DNA of 64,000 nucleotides from Flectonema sp. DT1601 (GCA_964019425.1 OZ025799.1:186001-250000), one strand, 5' to 3'. Positions 42,365-57,238 are shown, numbered from the stretch's first letter. Notes: a model not told the origin generated them from the sequence alone. Translations and numbers: made by a program.

Positions 42365-42811
42365 TTTTATGGCTGGGAGAAGGCCTCTACCTGTTAAAGT
42401 AAAATTATTAATCTCAAACTACTAATTTGTAATCAGCTACGATGTGCTCTAGATTATTAGAGTGATATTCTTAATGAGATATTTTCATAACTGTAATACC
42501 TGTTAAGAATAATAATATTCAAACGTGTTTTTCCCATTTTTAAAAAATAAAAAAATAAAAAAAAATAACTTATTGGGTAAATGTTAAAAAATAAACTTAA
42601 TGAGTCTGTCGAAGACTACAATAATAAGAAACAAAATCAGCTGGCTATCGGGAGCTGGAAGTGTAGGTTTTGTATTGCAAGGTTTCTAACAGAAGCTAGT
42701 CATCCACACAAATATTTTTCATAAAAACAGAAAAACATAATATTGCTCGGCAAACATAACAGAAAAATAACTCAAACGAACAATAAGGTTTTTATGTAGA
42801 ATCTACACTAT

Positions 42812-45800
42812 TTAGATAACAAAACAAACAACAAGAATAATCATCACAGATACTAACTGAGAACTAATTCCAATTCCAGATGAAGGAGTGACCGATGCAA
42901 TTACCGGTTGCAGTGTGTTCGGAACAGATGAAGGAACAGCAGTCGGTATACCAGTCGGTAAACCCGTACTGACACCACTCGGAGTTATTGTTGAGAGAGG
43001 TGCTGGTACCGTGGTAGGAGGAACAATAATAGTAGCTGTTTGGTTGTTTATATTATTGTCACTACATTACATTAATTACTTTTATTCCATAATCACATAC
43101 TCGTAAAGCCGGTAGCTACAGCAGTCGAAAACAGTTCATTACTTCTAAGTTGTGAATTAGGATCATTCAATTCTTGTACAACAACATCAGTGATAGCGCT
43201 GATTAGAATTGCTTCACTAAATGGAGTTGGTGTGAACTCGATTTCAAATTCAGCTTTTGCTTGAATCTCATTCCCACTCGCCAACACTTGCAGCCATCTG
43301 TAACTCTGAGTTGAATTATTTCCGCTGCTATTGCTTACGAAATTATAACAATACCCACCATCTGGTGACGTCCCTGACCTGTCTACGGATGTGATACCAA
43401 GCTTTGCACGTCTTGCAGGCAATCCACAGCAGTACAACAACGTCGTATTTTTAACAAACTGCAACGTCTTACGGAGAGTTATCGCTATTTGGTCTTCGAA
43501 TATGGAAGCGTTAACAGATTGTAAGAAAGATCTAAACTGCGCTTGTGCTTCAGTAGATGTAGTACCATTAAATGACCTTAACGTCATCGCTGCGTGGATA
43601 ACCGGTGGTGGTTGTACTTGAGGTTCACTTGAATTAGTTTTTCCAACAGAGAATTGAAGGGAATTAACAACTTTTCCATCACATCCAATACCACTACAAA
43701 TAAATTCTAATACCATTGCTTCGCATTGTCTTGTAAATCGAAGACTACCTATGCTAACAACACCCATCGTAGATACAAATACACGACGTTGAAGGACATC
43801 AATGTCACCTGCCTGTTTTTTATATTTTAATTTCAATGATTTCGTCAAATAAAAAACATCAGAACGTACCACATTTAGTTATTATCATTAATTTTAGAAC
43901 AGAAAAGTGAGAATAAGAAAAGCAGAGTTTAGTAAAACAAAAAAGTATTCATTTCTGCAGTTTCCTAACATCAAAGGGTAATAGCATTGAGTTATTTAGT
44001 TACATACCTGTGTCCATTGTCCTAGATAAGAACCTTCACCAGAATGGCATATCGCGTTTACTTCTATTGTACTGAAATTATCAGCTTTTACAATCTGGTA
44101 TTTGTTTTTTTTTTTTTTTTTGATGATAAAGAGTAAAATCATAATAATAATAATAATAATAATAATAACATCTGCCAGTGTTAAAGTAAATACCTTATCA
44201 AATTCATCGACAATATGAACAACGATTTCGTAAGGCTCTCTCATTATACTGCAGGTTCTGTTTCTGTGTTTGGGGTTCTGTTTATATTTTCAAATAAAAT
44301 AGTTTTATTAAAAATAGATTTATTCAAAAACATACAACATATAGTTTAGATGACTCTCACAAGGGCTAAAGACAAGTATTCTATTTATTGATTGCATGAG
44401 AAAACTTCCTTCAACAGTTCCCTCTTCAGTTCCATAAACAAAAGGACATCCGAACGAGAAGTAAGCTTCTGGAGGACCTCTGTAAGTTGCATTAGAGGTG
44501 ATGTACTCACCGCTAACTAATCGAAATTGCTGAGAAGCTGATGAACTGATCCCATCGAAAAACCAACTAGATCCACCACAGTGACTAAATGAATCTGATT
44601 CGTATTGACAACCCCCACTAGGTATACCACTATAACAACTCTGTCGAACAGACACAGAATCCAAATCGATAGACAGACACGGTATAGCTGCTGGAACCAT
44701 CGTTACCAAAGCATTGCTACCCTCATCACCAGATGATATAATTTGATTCAACGAGTCAACCACAACAATCTTATAAATTACTGGTAATCCGTACAACCAG
44801 TACATTCCAGTGTGAATTGGAATCCATTTGTTTTTTATTTTGATACTAACTTTCAAAGCAGCAGGTGACTTAATAAAATACAAAGGAGTTGGCACAACTA
44901 CTGGAGGCATTTGCAAGACTGTGTTATTTACAAACGGAGTTTCAGCAAAGATTGTGATCATCCACGGAATGTGAGGACATGTTGGACACGTCCAGTCAGA
45001 AGTCGTATTTATATTTCTAATTGCGATCATTGCAATGCCTGCCGTTGATGTGACTTTTGAAATATTCCAAACTTGAACATGACATGAGACACAAGGCTTT
45101 CTCTTAGCCACTGCATTGAAGACTGTTCCCATGTCTCCATCAGCCTTTGTTGAGGTGTTTACATATGTTTGTAATTTTATATAAATAGTTTCACCAACTA
45201 AAAATGATGGTTCTCCCTCAGGTGTCAGCGCGCGTCTTTCAGATATAAAATCATCACCGCACTCGTTGTTTGAATGAACAGCACACACCGATTTTGAAAT
45301 GTTGAAATGCATTATATCAACAGATATGATATACAGTTCTGATAGTGCAGAAGTGTATAAATTAACCATTGATGTTGGTAGCAGTGATGCTGAAGGGATA
45401 TGACATTCACCGAATAAAGGAAAATACCCAGATACCTTAACAAGATCAGTATTTATAACACGAACACCGCAGCTGTTTGGATTTGAATAAGTTGTTGAAC
45501 AAATAAAACAGTTTGGTGGTATCATTGCAGAGCCATCAATTATTATTTGACTTGTCGTCCAATTTAAATTATCACCTCGACCGTTAATTGGTTCACTTTT
45601 AGTATTGACAACAACTAGTTCAATATCAGTCGTTTGATTTGCTATCTTGTGTGTTGGTTGACTGGACCAACTCCATGAAGACTTCTCAAGTATCGAATAC
45701 GACACATGAACTGTCACATTAGACTCATTCCTCTCAGGCGCTATCATATCTGATGGAGATCTAAAAACTAAATCACATTGACATTTCAAATTATGAGGTG

Positions 45801-48800
45801 CAGCTTTAAATATTATGTTGAATTTCGCCTTACCTTTGCGAACAAAAGCTGATCCTGGCACAGACAAATCACATCCTTCATAATTACACTTCAGAGTTGA
45901 AAATGTAACTGGGGATTTCATTGGTTCAGTTGATATAAACCAGTTTTGTTGATTTCTTGATCCGACCAACAGGATTTCTAATGTAAATATTTCACCAACG
46001 AATCCCTCAATAGGATGATCACTAACTGTAATGTGAGAAGCAGGAACCGTTAAATCAATTAGAATAGGATTTCCTTTCCTTCCAAGTAGTGTAACAGGAA
46101 TATTTGGATAGTTTTGTAATCTTACAATGATTGGATAATTACTTCTGATGTCAGAAACAGATATTTTCATTTGACCAGGAATAGTATTGTCATAGGTTGG
46201 ATACGGGATTCCATTTAGAATAAAAGTACCTGCAGTAATAACTGGATAAGAACCTCCCTCAACAAGAACACCTGCAGTAGATTTATTGCTAATTGGATTC
46301 ACAATACTAAGAGGAGGTAATCTTACACTCTGAAGAGTAGCAACAACCGACTTTGATCGATGTATCTGAGATAACGGTTGCATGGATCTGTAACTCGGAC
46401 CTCCAATGCTGTATGCACGATCACCCAGATCATCAGCTGCGTATACATTAAAATAGAAAACACCAAGTTGAGTTGTGCGACTAATATTAGCCATTTGAAG
46501 AGTCTTTCCAACAGGTATCATAATTATCTGTTGGATTGTTGTTAAGACAGTGAGATCTATCTGTTTTCCTGCATACGAAATTGAACATTTAAAACAAGCT
46601 CTGTTGAATGCGATTACTGCTGTTGCGATTCCAAATAATGAAGAAATCTGTTTATGTTGGGATAACACATAAAGTGATCCACCACCTCCGTTACCAAAAC
46701 TCTGAGGTAGAAGTATTGGTAGTTGTGATTGACCACCAGATTCGTATGATGGAAAATTATTTTTATCAGACCTAATAACAGTCAGTGAAAAGGGAACTCT
46801 TCGATAAACAGCTGTCGGAGGAACACCTCCGAGAATCCATCCAATTGGACATGAAACGATTCTAAATTCCATCACATTCGTATCACTAACTTTGTTTCGA
46901 AGTATCGTATACGTTATTCGATCGTTGTGTTCATATCGCAATTGAACAACACACTGAGCACATGGACGAGTAAAATAAAACTTAACTTCCGGCCACTGAA
47001 AAACGTCATTCCGTGAGAACATTAAATCTGATTGAGATACTTCACAGCTGAGCGATGATCCGAATTTTAAAAACCCTCCATTACCATATTTTAGAAGAAG
47101 TCGTTTATCAGATGAAACCGACTTTGCAATTATCGAAAGACGTCCCGGCAATGAGGAAGTCTGAATTTCCATAACTGAACTACGAAGCTGCTGTTTAACA
47201 AATAGTTTTAATGTGAGTGTGAAGGTTGATCCAATCCGGATGATGTTTTTATTTTTTTCGATCATAGCAGGATCGTGAAGGGATTCAACTTCTGAAGACA
47301 CCAACGGAATTGTTTGATTTGATATGAGAACTTTCAAATCCTCAACGTCATCAACGAGTTTGACACGGAAATTACGAGATTGTACTTTTCTTGTCTCCGG
47401 AATTAAATAATCAAATCTGTGAGACCTTATATCGACATCAGTGCAGTCTTGGGCGCCATTTTCAATATCTGCCGTCATGTAGCAAAGAGTTACTACAAGA
47501 AAACAACTTTCGCATGGTTCTGAAAAAACTGCGAAAAACACCACCACACCATCAATCATTTTAACTAAATTCTGTTCTGGTCCGATTGCTGGTGACAGCG
47601 ATGAGAGTTTGCCTTCTATCGTTTCTGCGGTGAAAGTTTTCAAATTGCTAAAAGAAGTCTTTTTCAAAGTATACACTTTAAGTTGTCCACCATTATTACA
47701 TCCAGTGTTGTACTTTGAATTAACCCTTACATACATACCACCAAGACCCCAAAAACGAGGAAAATTAGGGTTTTGGATATCAAAAGAAGCATTAGTAATG
47801 TGAACTTGTACTGGAAAAGGAACTCCAGATATGATTGAGTCAAAGCCTGAATACTGGAACGGGACATCTTCAACCGTATCAAAATTTCTTTTATTCGACA
47901 GGTATCCGTTTTCAGGCCACGGAACAAATCTGAGACCTTTGTTAGGATTTTTAAATTCTAAATTATTAAAACACTCAACATCGTGAATGACGTAGTCTTC
48001 TATTGTTAATTTAAGACTCGAATCAGTCAAATACTGTTCATCATACCCAACATCATTCCAATAAAAAGTACCCAATCCAATCGTAACCTCACTAAGTAAT
48101 CCATCACTAATAATTGGTACTAATTTCATTGATATTGTTGTTGATAATAGTTGATTTGAGTATAGAGGTCCCATTCTTATTAGTGGGAGCCATCTGTTGT
48201 TGAGAGGTTGATCGAGTCCCATTATTATGCTTGAACCAGAAGTAGAAGTGAGAGATATGTTGTATTTCAAATGAGCATCAGCATAATAATAAACATTTAA
48301 ATAATTATAAACAAGATATCCAGTGACAGTGAATATTCCATTTGTTTCTGTTGAGCCACAACCTGTACCAATTCGTACAACTCGTCTTGTAAGTGATTTT
48401 GACTGATCATGAAATTCAATTTTTGGATTCACATCAGGAACGATCGTCAGCGTTACTATCGCACAACGAAGACTGTCGGTGTATATTCCAATTGGCCTTG
48501 TTTTATGTTTTGCACAGATATAAACTATTCCGTTATTCAACGGACCCTGCGTGCTTGGATCGATATCCGCATACGTTAATTTTAATAAACCAGATCCAGC
48601 AACACCGGGACTGACGTCATCAAGGGATGGTAAGTCAGCTTTCAACTTTACCAATCCATAAGAATAAGAACTAGATGATTGATACTTCGAATTGACTTCA
48701 AATACCGGAGCTTCCCAATTCCCAGTTTCAGTCATCTTTTCTAAACAACATTGAGCAGTAGCAGAGCCTGATATGGTTATATTCCTATAAGTAAAATCTA

Positions 48801-51800
48801 TTTTATTATCCACCAATACAGATAGCTTCAGTTCGATTCCCTCTGCCATACCAGAAATGGTTGTTGTAATGTAAGGATTTTGGTGGTTGCTGTCATTAAA
48901 ATCTATGCCGCTTGTAATAGGAGTAACCTGAATGTATCCTTCACTGTTGAATGTACCTCCACCTTCGTAAATACTGAGCTCCACCATAGAATCACAAGAA
49001 TACTTACCATGCTGTGTCATTGCGTGTACGGTTATAGTTTTCAGTTCAAAAATACCCGCTTTTGACATTGGTAAAATTTTTTCATACAAAGCAGAAAATC
49101 TCAAATTAAAACTGTGATTTCCTCCATCTAAACGAGACGTAATAATTGGTGACGACTCAACGACATCCGATTCAACTAAATTAATACCAACTGTCGGTTG
49201 ATTTTGAGTTGTTGGCGTAGTTTTAACTTCTTCAACCTCAATAAATATCCACCACTTAGGCCATGATAACTGACTTGTTATAATTGAAGTATTGCTTTGT
49301 CTTAGTACCGCTTGAACAGTTATTGAAAATGAAGAAGATTTTAATTTATTTGATGCTCTCGACGGATCGAATACGATAGTTTGATGAGATGCTTTGCAAT
49401 CAATTCCAAAGTTTACTAATTTCTTATCGACGAATGACAATTTTAATGAGCCTCTCAAACTATCACCAGTCTGACCTGTAGGACCAATTCCCGCAGTACT
49501 ATGAAAAGTAAACAAACAGTTTGAACATGGTTTATTCACATTTAATATCATACTTGCTGATGTGAATCCATTCTGTGTCGTCACCGGATAGGATTTAACT
49601 TTGCAGTAATCTGACTGAGAATTACTAAAAGCACATCCAACATAACCCTCTGACTGGACTAAGTGAACACCACGAGAATTAGATAACCCACTACTTGTTG
49701 ACAGTGATTCATCTGAATAAATCATAACAAATATATCACCATTATGAAACCTATCCAAAAGTACTTCACCAGTATCCGTTACTGTTGCTGGGTATACCGA
49801 AATCGCAATACCTGTACTGATGTCAGCAGTTTTTTCGATAGTATAGTCTCCTGAATGCTTTCCTACAACAAGAGTGTTTGCAGGGACTCGAACTGAAGTT
49901 TGAATAGTCAGCTCAACGACACCACAATCAAATATCAGTAAACAACCATTTACATAATCACGATTAGCTGATAATCTGAAATCAATTCCCCAAAGATCTC
50001 CTCCTAAAGGAATGGCACGAGCGTTTGATAATTTTAAACTATCATCTTCATTGAGAGGAGGATTTGCATAATTTTCTGGTGACGGTTTTCCATTTGATAA
50101 CCAAATCACAGAAAGGACATCTCCGCGTGGCTCACCATCATTAAGAGTTGCAGTGAATGCCAAAGGAAATCCGTTTGAATTTTGTATCAGTTTTCCTGTT
50201 GATGTCGAAGCCTTGAATATAATTCTGTAGGGGATTAGTACTTCTAAATATGTGTTCTGATCATTTTTAACCCAAGGTTTCACTGGTTGACTAACTCTAT
50301 CTGACAACACATCCAGAGGCTCAATGTGAACAACTTCTAATTCTCTTGGCTGAAGTCTTTTTATTATCAAAATATATTCTGAAGTCGTAGTTATGAATGT
50401 TCCACTATTTTGAACATAAAATTTAAAAGTTGCATTGTTGACTGCAGACGCAAGAATAGGTTTAAATGTGACTGTGTACTTACCACCAATGGGCCAGGTT
50501 TTATTTTGATGCTGATTCAGTTGAATGACTGCGTCTGGGACGCTATTGGAATCGTTTGCTGATCTTATGACTGACAGTGAACCCGCCGGACTAAATTCGG
50601 GTACCCCTCGATAATGAGGAATTATCTGAAAATTACATATCGATCCGTGATAGCAAACCAACTCTTCTGAATCATCATCCATAATAACAGTTATCGACGT
50701 CGGATACTTCGATTTCATATTCACCCAAAACGATTGAGAAGAAAGAGTTAATCGTCTACTTGGTATCGTCACTATTATTTTAATACCACAACCGAATAAA
50801 TTATCAGGACACGATGACTGATATTGTAAAAGTATTGTACGATATTCTAATGAAGATCCCCAGTCTTCTTTCAGACCATTTGTTGGTCTTTTATATTCAC
50901 CTTCTTCATCATAACAAGAAGACTCTAAGCTTTTTACAATAAAATCACCAGGCTCAGTAGCAGTAGAATACTCGTTGCAAGAAAGTCCAGCCCATGATGC
51001 GGTTTTCTGACAGCGGACAACTTCAACTGACATGTCTTCTGGAGGAAGAGAGACACCTGATTCCGACACCAAACTAACAGAGAACATAATTACAGACCCT
51101 GTCTCTACTACAGTTGATCTTGACATAATACCGTCTTCTGTAATATCAGTGTCAGGTATATCGCTGTATTGTAATTCCGTTGTACTGTTATATAGCGAAA
51201 ATCGATTTGCGTTCTTACCAGTCGTTGAGTTGCTATTTTCCTCAAAAGTCCCGCTGATTTTCAACTGTGTTGGAGTTGCAGCTACATAGTCTCTCCAGTA
51301 GCGAGTGTCTCCACCTTCTTTTGTATTTCCTTTGTTGTACAGTTGATGTACTACTCCCCGTTTGGAATACGTGCCAGCGGCAGCCTTAAAAACACAGATT
51401 TTGTAACGACCAGATGCAGAAGTGTATACTGGAGGAAGAATAAAAGGTTTCGCACTGTGAAGCACAGCTGTTGAAGTCGCAGATGGAGTAAGAACATGCC
51501 AGTCGTCGATTCCGGTGAAGTCCGTTGGAGAAGACGATGGAATGGGACAGTTTTGAGTTTCATTTACGACAGTCAATAAATCAAACTGATGACCATCAAT
51601 TAAACAACTAACTCCAGTTGATAAATCAGTCTTACACCAATTAGTAACATGTGAATCAATTATTGTTACGTTTGTTAGTAACTTCGATACATCAAAACTT
51701 AAGAATGAAGGATACGTAAACAAAAGGAAATTATTCGTTAATTTGTTGGGAATTTGCACCCAAGCTGAAGAGCTGTTTTGGCGAAAGCAAACTAAGTATG

Positions 51801-54800
51801 CACCAGGTTCTGGCATATGGATAACAGGAGATAGCGCAACTAATGAAGGACACGTTCCAAAATATGGTTCACATTTAGTATCAGTAGACACCACGCCATG
51901 AGAACGACAGTTGCTGTGGACAGATGTCCAATCGTCAACTGAGTCTGTCCACTTTGAGTCACCTGGAAATGAATTCTCAGGAGGTATTTTATACTGAACA
52001 ATTTTAAACTGATTACTGTCACTAACAAATGAATTATCACCGTAGCCTTCCATTATAAACCCATCTGCTTCAGTTCCCCCAACATACGTTGTTAGCCCAC
52101 CAGCAACTGCTGTTTCAGCCTGAGAAACATTCAGATCAGATTCATTTTTTAAATTTGTTATTTGCTGAAGTATTGAAGACAGCGACCAGTTCTTCACTAA
52201 CGCTTTCTGAGTTCGGAATTGTCCTTTTGGAGCGAGGGAGGTATTTGAGTGAGGAATTTCTAACCAAAGAGCGCTATCCTTAAGATACGTACCAGTTCTG
52301 TAAGTGTTTGAATAAAGACAAACTCGATACTCAACAGAAGCATCTTCAGCTACGTGTGGTAGTTGGATTACGACGGATGCTCTTCCAGCATTTGTCGATG
52401 AAATGCTTAACTCATTCTCTAAAGGTTTATCTGATGAGCACAGTGCTGTCGTTCGGACAACCGCAGCGCGATCATCCTCATGAAACCAACCATTAAGATT
52501 GATTAACTGTAATGAAATAGCTGCTCCGTTAGTTGGGATGCTGTCGTTGTGGTTAACTTGCCATACAATTTGATGACTTTTCACACTTAAATTAGACACT
52601 CGAAACCATGACATGTCTTCAATAGATTTAATACAAATTTGATAAACACCAACCACTTGTGGGATTGGTATTCCGAATTCAAAACCAGAAATATTTGACA
52701 TCGCTCCAAATGGTTCATTCAAATCAACAGGTGGCTGTAAACAGTCACCCGTTGTGGTTATCAACTTCGACATTGTTGTGATGAGAGTATCACCATTCGC
52801 TGATATTAAATAACCACCTAAAGTCATACCAGTGAACACTTGATATCCTTTTAGAGTTTTAAAACGATTATCTACTACGACAGTTACTTCATTTTCAGGA
52901 GTAATTAACATCTGTAAAGAAAGTCTAACCCAGTTAGGAGTTCCACTTTGCTTGTAGCAAATCACAGCTGTTCTGTTGTACTCTGGTAGTGGTATTGTAA
53001 TGGAAGATGCAATAGAAGGTAATCCCGAGATGGTTTCACCTTTTTGCGCTTTAGAGATATCATCATAATAAGAAGGAGTGATTTGTATGTATTTATTTAA
53101 TAGTGTCATCTCTGTTGATGTTTTTTCAGAATTACAAGAAGACCCGGAACATAATTGCATAGCTAATTCACTCTGACTGCATGCAATAGCGTGACTCGAG
53201 CTACTGCTGTCATGGTATAAACCACTTTGCTGAAGTGATCCACTGCCATCAACTTGACAATAACTATTCACAAATACCGGCATTGACACAGCAATAGCTG
53301 TGCGATTATTACACGTAGAAGTACTCCAAACTATATTCAATATATCACCTGGGTATTGACAGTAATATGGATTCTGTTCTAGGCACTCTCCTGGAGACGA
53401 AGACATCAACTCAGAGCTACGATCTTTAATTAGTATTAACGCTTCTGCATTAGGACGATATTCCGACATTAAAAGTGACAAAGTATGATCTTCCCATGCT
53501 GATAGATACCAATTACCTGAAATATATTGACCTCGTTGTTTCATTGTAATCGGATCGTGGTTGTGATAAATGATGTTGGTACCAGTTGGTGATGCTTGTA
53601 GAGTTTTATAATTGAAAGCTCCTTGTCTATAACAGACTCTCCAATCTCCCTTTGGAATTGTAATGTAAAACGAAACAGACGTAACTGAGTCATCATTGAG
53701 AAGATTTCCTCGACATGATATTTTTGTATTCGACGAATCCAATCCGAGGTTGGAATCTTGGCAGTCATAAGTTCCTCCATCAAGGTTTATCGCTCCCAAT
53801 TCTCTTATCTCTAAGTTAGAATTACTATAAGAACAAGGTCTATGTATTGGTACTAGTTTAACTAATGAACCAGAATCATAACTACTCAGTGACTTGTTAA
53901 TGTTGTTTCTATTAATTTGATTCCATGGAGCTGACGATAACAACTTCCACTCTGATGATACGTCAGTCGTATTGGATATTTCAACAACGATAGGACCATA
54001 AGTAGCTACTCTACTGTCATTCATATACCACGTAGCTGGAGATGGGTATTTTATACCTATATCTCTTCCCCAATATTTTGGTTGTAGGATAGTAGGAGTT
54101 AACTCGGATCTGAATTGAATGCCCGGAAGATGTTTATAAAACTGACTCATGGATGACTGATTTACGTCACTGATCCAAGAAAGCATTCTAAAACCACTAT
54201 TTGCAGTGCAATTACTATTAACAGGGGGGTTAGCGCAAGCAATCCGATAACAAACGTACCATGATATTGATTCATCAGAGATGTATATATTTGCATTTGT
54301 ACTTTCAATGTTGGTAGCATTATTCATACCAAGAAATGATTTTAAACTGTGAGATCCTATCGCATAGGGTGATTCATCTTCGTTGAATCCACCGACGGTA
54401 TTATTATTTGAGTAGTCGTATTCGGTTGTCCAGCATCCTTCATTAGGACGAGATCCCTTGTATATTGATTGAATACCGATTGTTTTTATTGTTTTTGATT
54501 CGTCAGATTTCGATTTTCTGATTAATCGAAAATAATCACCTCCTTTAGGAGACCAATAATTTGAAGTATCAGTCGATGGATAGGAACTCAGTCTCAATTT
54601 CTTATCAAAAAAAGCTATTTCTCCGTATGAATCAGGTTGTAAGTCAAAAGCCATCCATTCAACATCTTCTGATATTATTTTAAAGGAAAATGATGATGAT
54701 GATGATGATGATGATACGCAATTGGTTCTGTCACTGCATAATGGTATCTTTTTCCACATCGGTATTTGATCAATCGTTGTGTTGCTCAGCCAATGTCGTC

Positions 54801-56028
54801 TCCATTCCGAACGCTGAAGTTTATTAGAGTAGCAGATGTCATATTTCTGTCCTACGGAATTCTGACCTCCAGGTAGTTTCACATAAACATACGCATCGCG
54901 TTCTATGTTGGGGAGATTATCTCCTGCAGGGGAGTAGGTGCCAGAGCTGTACCATGAATCAGTTAAAGGATTTGAATGTTGAGTACCGAATAGTCCAATA
55001 CCACCTGCTGTCCCACCTAAATAGAATCCTTCGTAACCATCTGGTGTCCAAGTACCGTCTTCTAATGTGTTGTTGGATCCTATGTACTGTGATCCAAGAT
55101 TTTGAAATTCATAAGTACAAGAAGTCCCTTCAGGTACAATTTTCAAATTATCACCTTGAGCACAATAATAGTCATCTGACTTACACTCAGAAGGAGGATA
55201 CGTAAAATTATATTTGTCGTTGCTCAGAATTTGAATAATCGCGTATTGTGAAGATGTCGTTTCAGGAAGATAGTACCACGTTGTTGATTGCTGACCTTTG
55301 AATATGTAATTACCTTCAGACGTGAATAGTAATTGCCACTTTCTACGATTAGAAACTGGTTCGTTATATATTTGAGAATCTAATTTTATTTTATAACAAA
55401 CAATGAAATTAACATTATGACTCGGAACTGAGAATGTAAAGTGAGCAGTAGTCGCAAATTCATTTTTTTCAAAAGTCTCTGAAGTAGCCAATCCAAAGTG
55501 ATTAAAATGCATTAAACGACTGGCATCAGGATATCGACTACAGTCTTGATCTAAATTTGATGAATACGAATAAAGAGCTAACTCTATAACTCCAATGTCG
55601 GAGGTATTCCATAACCTAACTGGAAGTGAATTAATAACTGCCGTGATGGATATTCTTATTTCCTGACCTTCAGTGAATTCAGTAGTAGAGAACTCTGATG
55701 TGATGTTAGTGAAACTGATTTTTGATTCAGATGTTGAAACTGATAGAGATTTCGTTGATGAAATCGACTTCGACTTACTCAAACTAATCGACTGCGACAC
55801 AGTTGGAATACTAAGCGAACTTGTGATCGAATGCAATGATAAGCTTTCTGACGATGTCCTACTAACAGAACGACTATCTGATTTCGAATTTGAATCTGTC
55901 GGTAGCGACCAACTCTTCGTCGAAGTCAAGCTCATCGTCAGACTATCTGAAAAGGTCTCTGTTCTCGTTACCCCATCAGCATTCCTTAATAATAATAACC
56001 ATATTAAAAAAACATGAACCGACTTCAT
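42812..56028 (-). CDS. Giant (~4,300 aa) signal-peptide-bearing, probably GPI-anchored cell-surface protein (5 exons)
   Basis: Exon 1 ~44336-56028 (signal peptide, Ser/Thr-rich N-terminus, repeated [YW]x[IV]C[YF] modules), exon 2 ~44194-44265 (boundaries uncertain), exon 3 44008-44094, exon 4 43101-43812, exon 5 42812-43035 (Pro/Thr-rich, ending SSGIGISSQLVSVMIILVVCFVI*). Splice phases of the last three introns are compatible. Confidence 0.75.
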
Positions 56029-56347
56029 GGAAATGAAGCTCGTCTCCTATAAAATTAACAAAATAACATTAAAAAAAAGATAGTCGGGTCGTCATCACAA
56101 TGCTATTGGATCATAATAATGAATCTGGTTTATAATAAATAGTAATATTCTACTTTTCACGAATGGTTTTTTTTCCATTCGTTGTATCGAGCGATATAAC
56201 AACAATAAAATATATATTGTTTTCTAAAAATATAGTTCTAAAGAAAGAAAAACAGCTGACAAAAAAAAAGAACAAAAAAACATGTTAAAGAATTCAATGA
56301 AATTGAAATATTGTTATAAATTGCTTTTGGAGAGAGCTCCATAAGAG

Positions 56348-57238
56348 TTATTGGTATTCAAGAGTCATTGTAGCAGAGAACATAGAGCCACCACTAGCAG
56401 GTGATATTGTAATAGTAGTTGAAGCAACATTTATTAATGTACCTAATACCCTTCGGAAATCAGTTCTGTCATTTATTGGTTGTGAATTCAGACCAACAAT
56501 AACATCACCAGGACTAACCCCAGCTAGAGATGCCGGTCCGTTCTTTCTAATCGCCAATACCTTCACTCCATTGACTCCGCGAGAAGAAAAGTCAACTAGT
56601 TCGAGTCCGACTGAGGGAAGTTTTATTTGATGAGATGCTTGAACGGGTGCAGGGGAAACAGAATTAATAGTGCCAACAGTTTGTGCTGAAGATGGTAATA
56701 CAGGAGTAAGACAATCATCATATTCTGAAACAGAACTGACTGCTGCTCTAATAAAGTTAAGTACAGTCACTCGCTGAAGAGTAGTAGCGAAGGATGGATC
56801 TACCACGAGTGTTGTGAAAAATCCTGGTGAGAGTCGAAGCATTTCGCTTATTGAGATATAGCTCATCTGGTCAGTACCACGAGTGTCGTAGCAGGCTATA
56901 GACTCCACACCTGATTGTTCAACACAATGAGATGATATAAATATTATTGTTGCTTGTGAACCAGATTTTCCAATTCCTTTTATTTCTCTCTGAATACCAA
57001 TTTTTGTAGCCGCTTCGTTATACAGTTTTGAGACTGTAAATCCCAACTGTGAGAGAACTTCTGCGATCTTATTGCAATCCTGAACTCCTTCATCACGTCT
57101 TCCCATTTGCATGTATGTGTCGCACCCAATTACGATACCTCGACGAGTAGACGGTTGTGAGTCTTCTCTGACTCCGCATGTCATTCTCATTACCACATCA
57201 TCAATAATATGAACATCACTCCCCGGCAGGTGAGGCAT
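56348..57238 (-). CDS. Caspase/metacaspase-like (C14 p20) domain, probably inactive, fused to a PDZ domain
   Basis: GIVIGCDTY, QDCNKIAEVLSQLGFTV..LYNEAATK, IIFISSH, LVVDPS. C-terminal VGLEL...GVKVLAI..NGPASLAGVSPGDVIVGLN PDZ. Confidence 0.7.
   Translation of the reverse strand: MPHLPGSDVHIIDDVVMRMTCGVREDSQPSTRRGIVIGCDTYMQMGRRDEGVQDCNKIAEVLSQLGFTVSKLYNEAATKIGIQREIKGIGKSGSQATIIFISSHCVEQSGVESIACYDTRGTDQMSYISISEMLRLSPGFFTTLVVDPSFATTLQRVTVLNFIRAAVSSVSEYDDCLTPVLPSSAQTVGTINSVSPAPVQASHQIKLPSVGLELVDFSSRGVNGVKVLAIRKNGPASLAGVSPGDVIVGLNSQPINDRTDFRRVLGTLINVASTTITISPASGGSMFSATMTLEYQ

Noticed and set aside
42888..43106. Plus-strand 72-aa ORF
   Set aside because: Antisense to the last exon of the giant surface-protein gene.
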